Assembly (NCBI GenBank): GCA_964016885.1
Contig: OZ024741.1
Span: 237,522,001-237,586,000, forward strand
Reading direction: 5' to 3'
Length of the DNA: 64,000 nt
From: Eledone cirrhosa
Taxonomy: Eukaryota
The position numbers and the translations under genes are program-made. Below are positions 42,097-54,810 of the stretch, piece after piece. A model generated the notes under the pieces. The model was not told where the DNA came from. It was given only the letters and a program-made list of their open reading frames with translations, and ran no database searches. Each line of letters opens with the position of its first letter. The first letter of the stretch is position 1.

Positions 42097-43200
42097 CGAA
42101 ATTTCATTTCTCACTCTTAGTGCGGCACTTACTTAAATGTATGTATGTATACGTACATACATATATGTATACAGACGTACAGTAGTATGTTTACAAACAA
42201 ACAAACCGAGCATTATAATAAATGTTCGGTTAACCGATACGTGCATGTATATATGTGTGCATGTATGTATACTACTGTACGTCTGTATACATATATGTAT
42301 GTACGTATACAAATATAAATACTTACATTTAAGTAAGTGCCGTACTAAGAGTGAGAAATGAAATTTCGTTTCATTCTATTCCATTTATCGTTTTCGGTGT
42401 GCCCGGCCGACTGAACTCACTCGATATGCAAATTAGGCTGCTCAGCCGTTAATATGCATAAGGAAAGTATATACTTTCAGACGTTCAACCATCTGGCAGG
42501 AAGGTATACGATGCTGACGATAGCTAATAAGCTTGAAACTAGTACATCGTGCCTGTGTCAGTGTTGAACAAAAAGGTGACGTAGTTGCCTAAACACTGTA
42601 CGACGTAATTCGGACTGTTTGTTTGTTTACAAACAAACAAACCGAGCATTATAATAAATGTTCGGTAAACCGGTACGTGCATGTATGTATATATATACAT
42701 ACTACTGTACGTCTGTATACATATATGTATGTACGTATACATACATACTTACATTTAAGTAAGTGCCGCATTAAGAGTGAGAAATGAAATTTCGTTTCAT
42801 TCTTTTCCATTTAACGTTTTCGGTGTGCCCGGCTGACTGAACTCACTCGATATGCAAATTAGGCTGCTCAGCCGTTAATATGCATAAGGAAAGTATATAC
42901 TTTCAGACGTTCAACCATCTGGCAGGAAGGTATACGATGCTGACGATAGCTAATAAGCCTTAAACTAGTACATCGTTCCTGTGTCAGTGTTGAACAAAAA
43001 GGTGACGTGGTTGCCTAAACACTGTACGGCGTAATTCGGGCTGTTTGTTTGTTTACAAACAAACAAACCGAGCATTATAATAAATGTTCGGTAAACCGAT
43101 ACGTGCATGTATATATGTGTGCATGTATGTATATATATATGCATACTACTGTACGTCTGAATACATATATGTATGTACGTATACATACATACATACATAC
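42091..43200 (+). mobile_element. Retrozyme-like tandem array: ~2.4 units of 426 bp plus a 5' inverted partial unit
   Basis: Hammerhead cores at 42514 and 42940 (period 426); 42091-42188 is the reverse complement of ~42270-42375; no ORF. Confidence 0.85.
42508..42550 (+). ncRNA. Canonical minimal type I hammerhead ribozyme
   Basis: ACGATG-CTGACGA-T-AGCT-AATA-AGCT-T-GAAA-CTA-GTA-CATCGT; palindromic stem III ACTAGT; GUA site at 42544. Confidence 0.88.
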
Positions 43201-44707
43201 TTATATATATATATATACACATTCTAAGTACACTAAACCAGCAATTATACTGTTATTGTCTCTTGAGATAACTCTGCAATGAATTAAAAACTTTAACTCT
43301 TAACATCCTGTAATGATTTAGCAGAAATTATCTAAAACTGGCTTATTTAATTCAAATCTTTAGTCTCTTTATTTGTTGGCAGATCGTGGTGAAAATTTGC
43401 AGTAATCTAAAGTCGTGATTTTAATTCTTAATGTGATGCAAGTTTGTACGACCATGTCTTGCTTATATGATTTCATGCAGTACAGGACATTAATAGTTAA
43501 ACCTAATTTTTAATAAAATATTAATTACAACACATTATATTAATGAAAGTAATGAATAAACAATTAAATAATATATCACATGTCACAAACCTAGGTACTT
43601 TTTTTTTTAATGTAGAAGAGTGGAAAATATCCAAATCCTGAGACTAGACCAACTGCTTTCTTTACATGTTGGTTGTCGTTGAGACCTCCAGTGTCTTTAG
43701 TCCTCAAACAAAGTTGGGAGGAGTACATCTTGTCAGAAGAAGGTAACTCCATGAGGTGGAATGGTTGATGCAGTGAGTGTTGCTGACCGTTTACTGCAGC
43801 AATTCTTTCACCATCTTGTCTGTTGTGCCCAGTTGAGATATAATGCCTAGACAGAGGTACAGAGTCTGCCCTTTCTCCATAATCGCATTATTTAATTGTT
43901 TTTCTTTTTTACTATGAAATTATCATTGATTTTCAATAAAAATTTATTTAATTTTCAAAAAGTATATCGTGTGTCACTAGACACATGTCTAATTGTATAA
44001 ATAATTATCAGGTTTCAAATATGTGTGTATGGACCTATAACTCCCGATGGAGTTGTAGGGATGCCGTCAAGACATACAGGCATTTTAGACCAGGTCTGAA
44101 CACATCCAATTTCTTCTAGAGAAGGAGAAGGAGTGGAAGAGAGAAAGAGTGATAAAGAGAGACAGAGGAAGAATTGACCACAGTACTGGACTGGGACTTC
44201 TTTTATTGACCTCAAATGAATGAAAAGCAAAGTTGACCTTGTCGGGATTCGAACTCTGAGCACAAAGAGCCAGAGTGAACAACACAAATCATTCTATCTA
44301 ATGCTGCAATGACTGCTATTTCACTGCCTCTGATCTCATATGCACTACACAACCAAATATTTGTAAATATTAATCAAATTTCACTTAATTTTGTGACACA
44401 CCTAGATATTATAAATGACACACTAAAGTGTCACAACACCCTGAATTAGAAACTACTGCCTTATAACAAAAGCCTATTGAAATAATTTATTCATCATCAT
44501 CAGTTAAGATCCATTTTCCCTGTTAGCAACATTATGGATGACATTATGTGAAACAATTTCAACACATGATTGATATCTTTTATTCTAAATATGTCTTCTT
44601 TTTACCTACAATGGTTTTGGCATTAAAATTAAATGATTTTATCTGAATTTCTGTTTAATGAAGCTTAATTATTATTTGTATTACAAATTAAATACCCAGC
44701 AGCTTTT

Positions 44708-44785
<78 letters not shown>

Positions 44786-45649
44786 GTATCATCAGCCAGA
44801 ATACAAAGAAATTAATGCATGAAAATTCCTTCATTGATACTTAATCAAGATATGTGAGATATATATATATATATACATATAAGATTGATTCCCAGTGTAC
44901 AATTCTTGACATTCTACCTCTGAAGTTGATCTAAAATTATCCATCAACACTCTCTGCATGTTTTCCTTATCTGGAAGTTACAATCCATAAATCCACTTCT
45001 GTAAAAATCTATATTTGATTATTTTATCGAGAATAGTCATGTGGCAGCATTAACCTGAGTAATTTGTCAATGTTCTCTGTCCTTCGACTGACGATAGGTG
45101 AATGCTGTTGTGTCTATCTTATCAGTTGAGTATATCTAGAATATTATTCTCTCAACTTGTACAGCAGCTTGTTAAAAACAAGCTATCTTTGTTTAGGCTA
45201 TTCTCTCCAAAATATGTCTAGCATTGTAAGAATCCTCTTCTATTGACTTGCATCTGAGATAAATGTTTTTGAAAGCTAATAACACTTGAAGTCACTGCTT
45301 TTCACAGGAATAGAGTGGCTGTTAGAGTTTACCACCTCATCTGTACTTAAAGCAAGGTCAACTCTTGGTCTTTAAGCCAGAGCATTCTACTTTAAAAGAC
45401 AAAACCATATAATTGAAGCTGGTACATATAGCATGTGTGTACTCTCTTTCCAGTTGTCTCATAAAAAAGAAAGATTTATATTAAATTCACATTTGTTGTT
45501 TACATTCATGCAGAAAATGCCACAGCCTTAAACTGCATACAACACTAAGAACATTCATTCAGAATTCTCTGTCTCTTGCTTGAAGAAGCCTGAGAAACAC
45601 AGGTATCAGTCAATTAAATCAATCCAGTACTTGACTGTTACTTATCCAC

Positions 45650-45956
45650 TCTTTTGCTCCTTCCCATACCCTGGATGCTATAGTAAAAGTGAAGATCTCT
45701 GCATTTGTAACTGAACAAAATTATAATCTAAAATAACAGGACTTTTTGTCAGCCTGTGATGTTCAAATTGTTTGAGGGAGCTGGGTCACAAACAACAAAG
45801 TTTTTGTCATTGTTGGTAGCTCACCTTACCAATGCATCAGGTGATGCCCATGAGGGTGCTTGTTTATTCCTGTGCCGTAACATCACTATCACACACAATT
45901 CGGTGAATGTGTTAGCTTATTTGAGAAATTCCAATGCCCTTTGTTGCGGCATTTAA
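45650..45956 (+). mobile_element. Second, more decayed CRE-like 3' fragment
   Basis: FAPSH..; SLLVAHLTNASGDAHEGACLF is colinear with 35490-35790. Confidence 0.6.
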
Positions 45957-47073
45957 TTGAAATTAAGAGAAAATGTTCGTGAACAAAAAAAATTTTCTGT
46001 AAACATTTGAATATAAAAATAAATTGTCTCATTCTTATATTTGTTTTTAAAAATGTTTTTTTTAGTAAGATATTTGGATATTGTATACATAATAGGAGAC
46101 GGCAAATTGGCAGAGTTGTTAGAACGTTGAATAGAATGCTATATGGTATTTTGTTTTAGCTCTCTGCTCTCTCAGTTTAAATTCTGCCAAGGTTAACTTC
46201 ACCGTTCATCCTTTTGAGGTTGCTAAAACAATTACCAGTCTAGTACTGGAGTCAATTCTTCCTCTATACCTCTTTCTCATTTCCGCTCTCCCACTTTCTA
46301 TCTTTCTCTGGAAGAAATCTGCTATACTCAGGCTTGGAGAGGGATGGGCTCCGCCAGGCTTAAAAATGGCCAAGAAATGCCATATGTCAATACGGTGCCC
46401 CCTATGACTCTATCAGAAGTTACGCGACCATACATACATGTATAATAGGTGCAGCTTAGTTGTGCAACATGTGAATATCATGAAGAAAATGGTCATAAAA
46501 ATGATGGTGATGATGATAGCCTATTTCTGTATGAGGTAAATCAGTGCCAATATATTTAATATAGTGAGCAAACAAGACTCCCCTATCTCCCTCCAGTTGG
46601 AGAGAGGAAAACACTTGCTCAGTATATGAATGTTTGTTTGTTTGGTGAACTACATACAGGTTATTTAATAAACAAAACCAGTTAAAGAAAATGAAATGCA
46701 TTACAAACAAATTCACTCACAGTTGCATAGCAACACAATTTCTTTCAGATATCTGTGGCTGTAATAGTTATTATTGGTAGCTATAGTAGTTATTAGTGGC
46801 TATAATAATTAGTATTTCCAATCTATAGTGGTTGTTAGTGGTTATAATAATTAGTATTGGTGGATAAAGTTGTTTAGCCTGGTTGTGATCATTGAATGAG
46901 CAGATCTATGATGAAAAGCATTGTTGTGATGGTCAAGTCTTTTCTCAAACATTAGCTATACATAGTTATATCTAAGCATACCAGAACCTGTGCAAGATCT
47001 GCATTATTTTATGTCTATTGTATATATGCAAAGGCATATATATGTATGCACAGTGCTATGTGTATGAATATAT

Positions 47074-47510
47074 ATACTTCAATGAAAATAGAGGACCAGA
47101 TACCAATATATTCCTTTAATGTATCACAGTTACATAATACGTATTTCTATGTAAGGCTTACGTCACCAGATCATGATGCAAGACAATTGGTGATGTCATC
47201 AGATGTAATGAATATAAAAGATTTAGTTCAGTAATCCCTACAGGGTTACAGCAAAATATGAACAAAGAATTGATTGCATCACTGGCCAGGCTTCCTTCGT
47301 ATCAATTCTTTATTTATATTTTGCTGTAGCCCAGTTGGGATTACCGAACTAAATTTTTTCAATATTTTATGTTCATTACATCTAATGATGCTGCCGATTG
47401 TCTTTAGTCATAGTCTGCTGATGTAAGCCTGCCATAGAAATATGCATTATGTAATTGTGCATTGTTAAATGAATATATTGGAATCCAGCCTTCTATTTTC
47501 ATTGAAGTAT
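47074..47510. repeat. Old diverged inverted repeat (~200-bp arms) with hammerhead-like cores
   Basis: ATACTTCAATGAAAATAGA/TCTATTTTCATTGAAGTAT ends; minus TTACAT-CTGATGA...GAAA-TACGTA-TT-ATGTAA. Confidence 0.8.
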
Positions 47511-47650
47511 TTTACTCCATTCTTGCACTAACCATGAGATACCACATCTATTATGGATGATATGCATATTTAGCTCATGGTCTGCTAATTGGAAGGACTA
47601 GATCTAACCATTAGTTAAACCATCCAATATAAACAGAATATATATATATA

Positions 47651-48625
47651 CTGTATATCCTCGAATATAAGCTGAGGAATATGTTACCAGAAAATCAATG
47701 GTAAAATGGCGGCGGTGGCGGTGGGCTGACATATTTGAGATCAATATTTTGACGATTTTCACCAATTTCAAATTCTACATAAATAAGGTGCTGAAATATC
47801 TGGAGTGATTATTTCATAACATGACACTGTTTTTCTACATTTACTAAATCATATTTGGTGTTATTTATGGATTCCCTTGAAAATATTTCTGACAAATGTT
47901 TATAATTAGAACTTTCTTAATGTATATATATATCCCATACACATTCATTCATGCACACACACACAATTTTTTTCTCTGACAATATTTTTTCTTTCAATCT
48001 TTTATTGCTCTCTCTCTCTTTCCCTTCTTGTTCTTTCCCTCTCTTTTTCTCACTCTGTCTCCTCTCTCACTTTCTGTTTCTCCCTCCCTCTTCTACTCTA
48101 TAAATCCCTATACAAAGTTCTCTTATTCAATCTCTTACTTTCAAACTATTCCTAGCATGTGAGTGGTCAGAAGTAAACAAAAATTCAAGAAACTTGTTGA
48201 AAGTTAACATAATAGAAACTCGTGGATTGGCAGTATCGGTAGAGGGTCGGACGCCATGCTTTCCAGCATAGTTACGTCCCTTTACGATCTGAGTTCAAAT
48301 CCCGCTGAGGTTGACTTTGCCTTTCATCCTTACGGGGTCGATAAAATAAAGTACCAGTAATGCACTGGGTAATTGCGGGCCTTGTGCCTAAAGTAGAAAC
48401 AATTATGTAATGGAGTTGTGAATCAAAAACTATATTTTAAACGACATTTAATACATCAAAATATTAAAACTTCATAAATATGTTTTATACTCATGAGAAT
48501 TTCAAAACCACACCATATAAACATGTGTTGATTAGTTGCCTCAGCTTATACATAGGGTTTGGATTTTTGTCCATTTCTCAGTTATAAAATAGGGGGGAGC
48601 TTGGCTTATATTTGAGTATAGACAG
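47651..48625. mobile_element. pogo/Tc2-like MITE containing a SINE A insertion (48223-48405)
   Basis: TA|CTGTATATCCTCGAATATAAGC ... GCTTATATTTGAGTATAGACAG|TA. Confidence 0.65.
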
Positions 48626-49459
48626 TATGTATATAGATATATACTGGACAGCAGAAAGTCTTCAAAGACTCAAGTGAGTATTTTGGCCTTTAACTTTTTA
48701 CACTCAAAGAAGGCCGGGCCGCATTCAAGTCATGACTCCTGGGTGCCCTTTTGCTGACATTTAGCCAATCAGAAATCGGAGACTTGCTGTGTATTTAAAC
48801 CATATGGAGATTTTGTTGATATGATCTGGTTGTAACTACTTTCCGTTGCCTCTGCTTTCATCAAATAATGATGATAATAATTATCATTATTATCATCATC
48901 ATTTAACATTCATTTTCCCTGCTGGCAAGGGCTGGATGGGTTATCACAGACCAACTCAATACTCTAGCAGAGTTATTGACCTTGTATATGTCTTCATATA
49001 CACCCTATAATAGGGATGTATATGAAGGCATATACAATATGTTTATGTATAACACACATATATAAGTTTTGCTATGACTGTCTTAAGCTATGATCTTATT
49101 ACAGCTCACACAATATCCCCTTACACTCGGGTTAGATGGGCCAAGATTCTTACCTTATTTAGAAAACCAGAAATAGTTGGTGTCAGGAAGAGTATCTGGC
49201 CATAGAATTCTGCCTCAGAAAGTCTCATCCAAGCCATGTCAACAGGGAAAAGCTTATCTTTCAAACATGTTATATTGAAAACACAACTGCGTTTGAGTTT
49301 AAATTCATTTTACTAAAGAGTTTTTTTAATTTCTTTATTAGTTCTTTATGTTTAGTTTGAAATAATAACGTCCCAAAGTCCATATCTTAGATAGCTGTGA
49401 CATGATCACTGCTTAAGACAGTCATAGCACAACTTGTATATGTGTATTATACATAAACA

Positions 49460-50178
49460 TCTATATATATAAAGTTGTAGTTCCTGTTTGTTTGTTTGTT
49501 CACAAACTCCTATGGTTTTGGAGATAGACCCCCATAATCATATATATTCTGAAACTACATAGCCCAGGGTTCTTGGATAAGTATATTTCATTTTAATCAA
49601 AGGGTTCTCCGGGGGCACAAACCCTCGCTGAAAATATTTTCCTTTCGATTTATATGAAATTTAAACCATAGGTAAATGACAAGCTATGATGTCTATTCAC
49701 ACAATTTCAGCAAATTTCAATAATATTAGGATACCCTAATGGGGGTTAAACCCCCTATAGTGAAAATTTTGGCCAATAAACTACATTGCCAAGGGTACTT
49801 GGATAAGTATATTTCATTTTAATCGAAGGGTTCCCCAGGGGCACAAACCCCCGCTGAAAATGTTATCTCTTCGATTTATATGAAATTTAAACCATAGGTA
49901 AATGACAAGATATGGTGCCTATTCACAAAAGTTTTGAATTGATATTTTGAAAAAAATTATTTACAAGAAACAAAATAAGAATAAGATTTAATAATGTAAT
50001 TTTGATTTGATATATTACAAAAAATAATGTTTTCCAATTTTTCATGCATTACATTTTACATTGAGTAATATTGAAATGCAGTTTTTCTCCATGAATTATA
50101 TCACTGATTTAAAATCAATCATCATTTTCTTACAAAAAAAATGTGTGAAACGCAGCAAGGTGCGGGTAATTCGGCTAG
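49460..50178 (+). mobile_element. Non-autonomous Helitron-like element inserted at an A|T site
   Basis: 5' TCTATATATATAAAG..(GTTT)n; internal ~227-bp duplication; 3' hairpin CGCA-GCAAGG-TGCG then CTAG|T; it interrupts a repeat also seen inverted at 49030-49095. Confidence 0.8.
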
Positions 50179-50739
50179 TATCATATAAACCTTAATATAC
50201 ATCTCTATTATGAATCGGGCTGTGTTACTGCTACTGTTCATTCTTTGATGTTGTACAACCACCCTCTTCATAATCTTTCTATACCTCTGAGAATATATTA
50301 CAAACACCAGAATTAAAAACCTTCTCATCAACACAAAACCACAAACCCGCAAGCTGCAAAATATACTTCAGATAACCAGTGACATGATCACTGCTTAAAA
50401 CATTCATAGTTAAATTTTATATGTGTATTTTACATAAAAAATACTGTATATGCCCTATTATGATTTGCGCTATGTTAGAGTTACTGATAATTAAACCAAT
50501 GAATTATAGATATTTCAATGTAAACTTTAGGGCTCAAACAGTTACATTGGATACAAATGTATGAGACTTTTCATTGGCTGACCATGCATTTACAACATGG
50601 AGCCAGTACAGCACATAATACAGTACATGAAACAATACAGAATAGAAAATATTAGTTGATAGCACTACCATATTATATAGAATTACACTAAAAGAAGAAA
50701 AAATAAAAGATTAGCCATGAGAAAGCTTTATTATTATTG

Positions 50740-51228
50740 GCAGGTTGACTTTGCCTTTCATCCTTACGGGGTCGATAAAATAAAAGTACCAGTAATGCAC
50801 CGGGTAATTGCTGGCCTTGTGCCTAAAGTAGAAACAATTATTATTGGCAGTATCGGTAGAGGATCGGACGCCATGCTTTGCAGGAAAGAGTTGCGGCCCT
50901 TTATGATCTGAGTTCAAATCCCGCCGAGGTTAACTTTGCATTTCATCCTTATGGGGTCGATAAAATAAAGCACTAGTAATACACTGGGATAATTGCTGGC
51001 CTTGCGCCAAAAGTAGAAACAATTATTAACAAAGGGCGGTGGATTGACAGTATCGGTAGAGGGTCGGACGCTATGCTTTGCAGCAAAGAGTTGCGGCCCT
51101 TTATGGTCTGAGTTCAAATCCCGCCGAGGTTAACTTTGCTTTTCATCCTTACGGGGTCGATAAAATAAAGCACCAGTAATACACTGGGATAATTGCTGGC
51201 CTTGTGCCAAAAAGTAGAAACAATTATT
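50740..51228 (+). mobile_element. Three tandem SINE A copies
   Basis: Head-to-tail copies starting ~50740 (partial), 50844 and 51040. Confidence 0.9.
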
Positions 51229-51701
51229 AACAAAATACAAACCAAATATAAAAAAAACATGTACACCACACATTAAGGAAACTATGAAAGGGACCAGGAA
51301 TTAACCATTAAAAACTTTTTAATCCACTAATGATAATTTTATTAGTCGTGACATCATTTCTATTATTGCTTAGTATAAAATGTGGCAACAATGTGCCACT
51401 AACACCATTTAGAGATAGACTAAACATAAAGAATTAATAAAGAAATATGAAAAGTCTTTAATAAAAATGATTTAAACTCAAATGCAGCCATGTTTGAAAG
51501 AAAAGCTTTTCCCTGTTAACATAGGTTTGATGAAACACTTTGAGGCAGAATTCTATGGCCAGTTAACTTTCCAGCTATATATTTTCTAAATAAGGTATCG
51601 ATCTTGGCCTATCCAATCTGAATATCTGATTATAAACAAATATCACTGACTATTATGTTAAATGTGAAGAGGAGAGACAAATAGACACACGCATATGCAC
51701 A

Positions 51702-51748
<47 letters not shown>

Positions 51749-51999
51749 ATATGAAAAAACGGAGTTAAAGATTCGCGTTAATCCCCTGTAATTTAATGAG
51801 CTCAAGGTTATAAGTACCGGGCTCTTCATAATATAATATATAGATACGAATAGACAAAAGAGTATGTTTTAAATTACGAGGGGTAGAGAACCACTAGAGT
51901 GAAAGGCATAAAGTTTACGTGGAAAATATATAATAATTGGAAAGGTAAATTAAAATGTACTAACCCACATAATTCAAAACATACTCTTTTGTGTGTTCT

Positions 52000-52030
<31 letters not shown>

Positions 52031-52189
52031 CATATGTATATAAATCACACAGAAAGTTATTCGTCACTGATATACGGAAGCATCTCAATGAAAAGATAGT
52101 GAGGTTGCCCTATTTTAGGTGGCTTTACTAGAAATCTACCTTTCGCTAACTTTGTAAAATGTATTTTAATTGTGTGTGTTTATAAAGAC

Positions 52190-52370
52190 TTTTTTCCAAT
52201 TCCATCCCGCCCGTTCCCTCTATCTTATTTCTCATTCTTTCTTCTGATGAAGGACTAGCGTCCAAAACGTTAAGAAACCTCTTCCTGGTATATCAAGCGT
52301 TAAGCTAATATATCCCTTCCATATACTGTACCGATTGTGTTGTTATTTCTGTTTACCTTTTACATACACA
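52190..52370 (+). repeat. Short dispersed repeat with a minimal hammerhead (GAAA mutated to AAAA here)
   Basis: TTTCTT-CTGATGA-A-GGAC-TAGC-GTCC-AAAA-CGTT-AAGAAA; paralogue at 54560-54940. Confidence 0.75.
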
Positions 52371-52380
52371 CACACATATT

Positions 52381-53110
52381 CACTTCTGACAGCCAATTCC
52401 GTTGTAGTGCCTGTTTTTTTTAAAGAAAGTCGGTACTGTCGGCCCCATGAACTTTATTTGTTTTCTAATTTGATAACTATCACTATGAAATAAAACGCGT
52501 AGTGATATGGAAACAATCGATTACGCTAAATGTAAATAAACATAAATAAGTTGCAAATACGTGTATTATCCCAAAGTGAAAAACCAAGTTTTGCATCAAC
52601 GTGGTGATTGCAAAGTTTATTTATTTACACATGGTGGTGGTGGTGATACGGGAATAAACGAAGGTTGACGAATGACGTCAGATTGACGTCACATTCTTCT
52701 ACTTTCACTTCTGACAGCCAATTCCTTTGTAGTGCCTTATTTTCTTTTGGTCGTTTTGGAAGCCTCAACAATGCAGATGGGTAATTCTCCGGGTAACTGG
52801 ATCCGGTGGTGAAGAGAGAGATGTAAGGGAATGTAGAATGAGATGTATAGTATGTAGAGGAACGTAGGAAAGAGCGTAAAAAATAAAAATAATAACACGA
52901 GATAGAGTTACCTTGGGAGAGATTTAATTGTCCCTATATTTCGGATTTGCATCCATCAAGTGGGGGTGGAGGTTAACTGGCGGAGAGGAACGGTACGTAT
53001 CCTCTGCTGTTCGCTGTTTGTGACAAACTGAGGTATTCTGCAGAGCGCACGTGCGCGCGAAATAAGTGCGGTCAAGCAAAGGTCGACGGTCGAAGCAGTT
53101 CTTTGAATTG
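52381..53110. promoter_or_regulatory. Candidate promoter region
   Basis: Two perfect CRE palindromes TGACGTCA (52673, 52684), duplicated CCAAT/ACTACA 31-mer (52381, 52706), ATTTGCAT (52945), CACGTG (53048), CpG-richer unique sequence. Confidence 0.4.
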
Positions 53111-53299
53111 TGGGAGTGGGATGGCGTTAGCTGTCAATCCATTGTACTATTTATCTGTGCTGGTTTTTGGTACTAGCAGTGTAGTATATTCGTATGGTAG
53201 TAGTCTGCCTACTACCATACGAATATACTACACTATCGTTACAGTTTCAGTGGTTTGAGCAGCTGTCTGTTGCTGGTAATATTCAGATGTTCTGGTGTA

Positions 53300-53850
53300 T
53301 GCTAGCTGTCTGGTGATATGATATCCAGCTTTTCAGGAGTTCATCATGTGTCCATTAATAGTTAAATACAGTTTTTCCATGTGTCCACCCAACTGCCTTA
53401 GTGTTCAAAGTTGCTGTTGATTATATATCTTTGTAGCTGTTCTTTGTTTTTATTCAGGGTTCTTTGGTTAACAGCAAATAGCAGTTCATTTGGGGCCCCT
53501 GGGTCTAAGTTGGTATCTTTGGTAATTTTATCCATGTACACAATGAACAGTAGTGATGATAGCACACAACCCTGTGTCACCCCAGAGTCAGTTAGAAAGT
53601 TCATTTGAGGTCTGCACTGTACTTTGGCTGTTGATGTAAATTGCCCTGGTGTTGTTGAGGAGTTGCCTTTTCAAACCGTACGTCCCAGAGTTTGATCCTG
53701 TTGACCTTGCCAAATGCTTCCTTTTGATCTGTGAAGCCATGATGGAGCTGTTTTTGGTATTTGGTGGCTCTCTCATTGACCAAAGCAAGACTGATCAACT
53801 CAGTCTTCACCCTTGCCTTCCCCTATCAGTGCCTGACCTAAGCGCTGAAC
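53300..53850 (-). mobile_element. Decayed RTE-type RT fragment of a different subfamily
   Basis: FTDQKEAFGKVNR; SGVTQGCVLSSLLFIVYMD..ELLFA. Confidence 0.75.
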
Positions 53851-54628
53851 AAAGCCTTGGAGCAAAAATTCATGTGAGATGAGACATCTCCAATGAACAG
53901 TTGGTAAAATCAGAAGTAAAGACATTAGGTTTGGTGTCATACTTATCAAATATCACAGCTCAATAATGCATTAAATGATTTGACTACCTGATTAGAATGC
54001 CAGTAAACCAGCCTTGCAAGCTTATAATAAAAAGTACTTAGGCTTCAGAGCCAGAGGAAGGCCATGCTGGCAGTGGATCCAGGGAGTTGTAGATATGCTC
54101 CACACCAACAGCAGGATTCACACCTTGTTGCAGATTGGCAATGTCATCTCCCAATGATTTCTCAGTAGAAGCACCTGGACTGAAGAAAAATGATATACAA
54201 GCATGCATACATTTTTACTTGTCTGATCCATGTGTGCTCAAACTGGTAAGCCATCAGTAACTAAACATTATACACCAATACATTGTGTGTGTGTGTATGT
54301 GTGCGCGCGCGCGTGCGTACGTACGTAGAATAAAAAATGTTTTGAATCCCTGCAGACTTTTAGTTTTCCTAAAATATGTGATGATAATGTAGTACTTCAC
54401 TATTATCTTTAGTGAGGTGAGAGGAGCACTATGCACATTACAATCCTTGGTTCACCAGGAGTTTAAAACGGACGATAAAGTTATCGACAGTTAAATATCT
54501 TGTTGTTAAGGACAGTTCAGGTAGCATCAACATGAATGGACCTGTTATTTTTATCTAAAGACATTTTTTTCCAATTCCACCCCGCCCGTCCCTTCAATCT
54601 ATCTTATTTCTCATTATTTCTTCTGATG

Positions 54629-54810
54629 GATTGGCAGTATTGGTAGAGGGTCGGACGCCATGCTTTGACGCATAGAGTTACGGCCCTTGCCATTCCGAGT
54701 TCAAATCCCGCCGAGGTTAACTTTGCCTTTCATCCTTACGGGGTCGATAAAATAAAGTACCAGTAATACACTGGGTAATTGCTGGCCTTGTGCCTAACGT
54801 AGAAACAATT
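54629..54810 (+). mobile_element. SINE A inserted into a hammerhead core, 16-bp TSD
   Basis: ATTATTTCTTCTGATG at 54613-54628 and 54808-54823. Confidence 0.9.

Noticed and set aside
43680-45250. Unique-looking segments that could be host exons
   Set aside because: Stops in all frames; the minus strand has faint YLCLGI similarity to non-LTR RT C-termini, so these are more likely old retroelement debris, too weak to call
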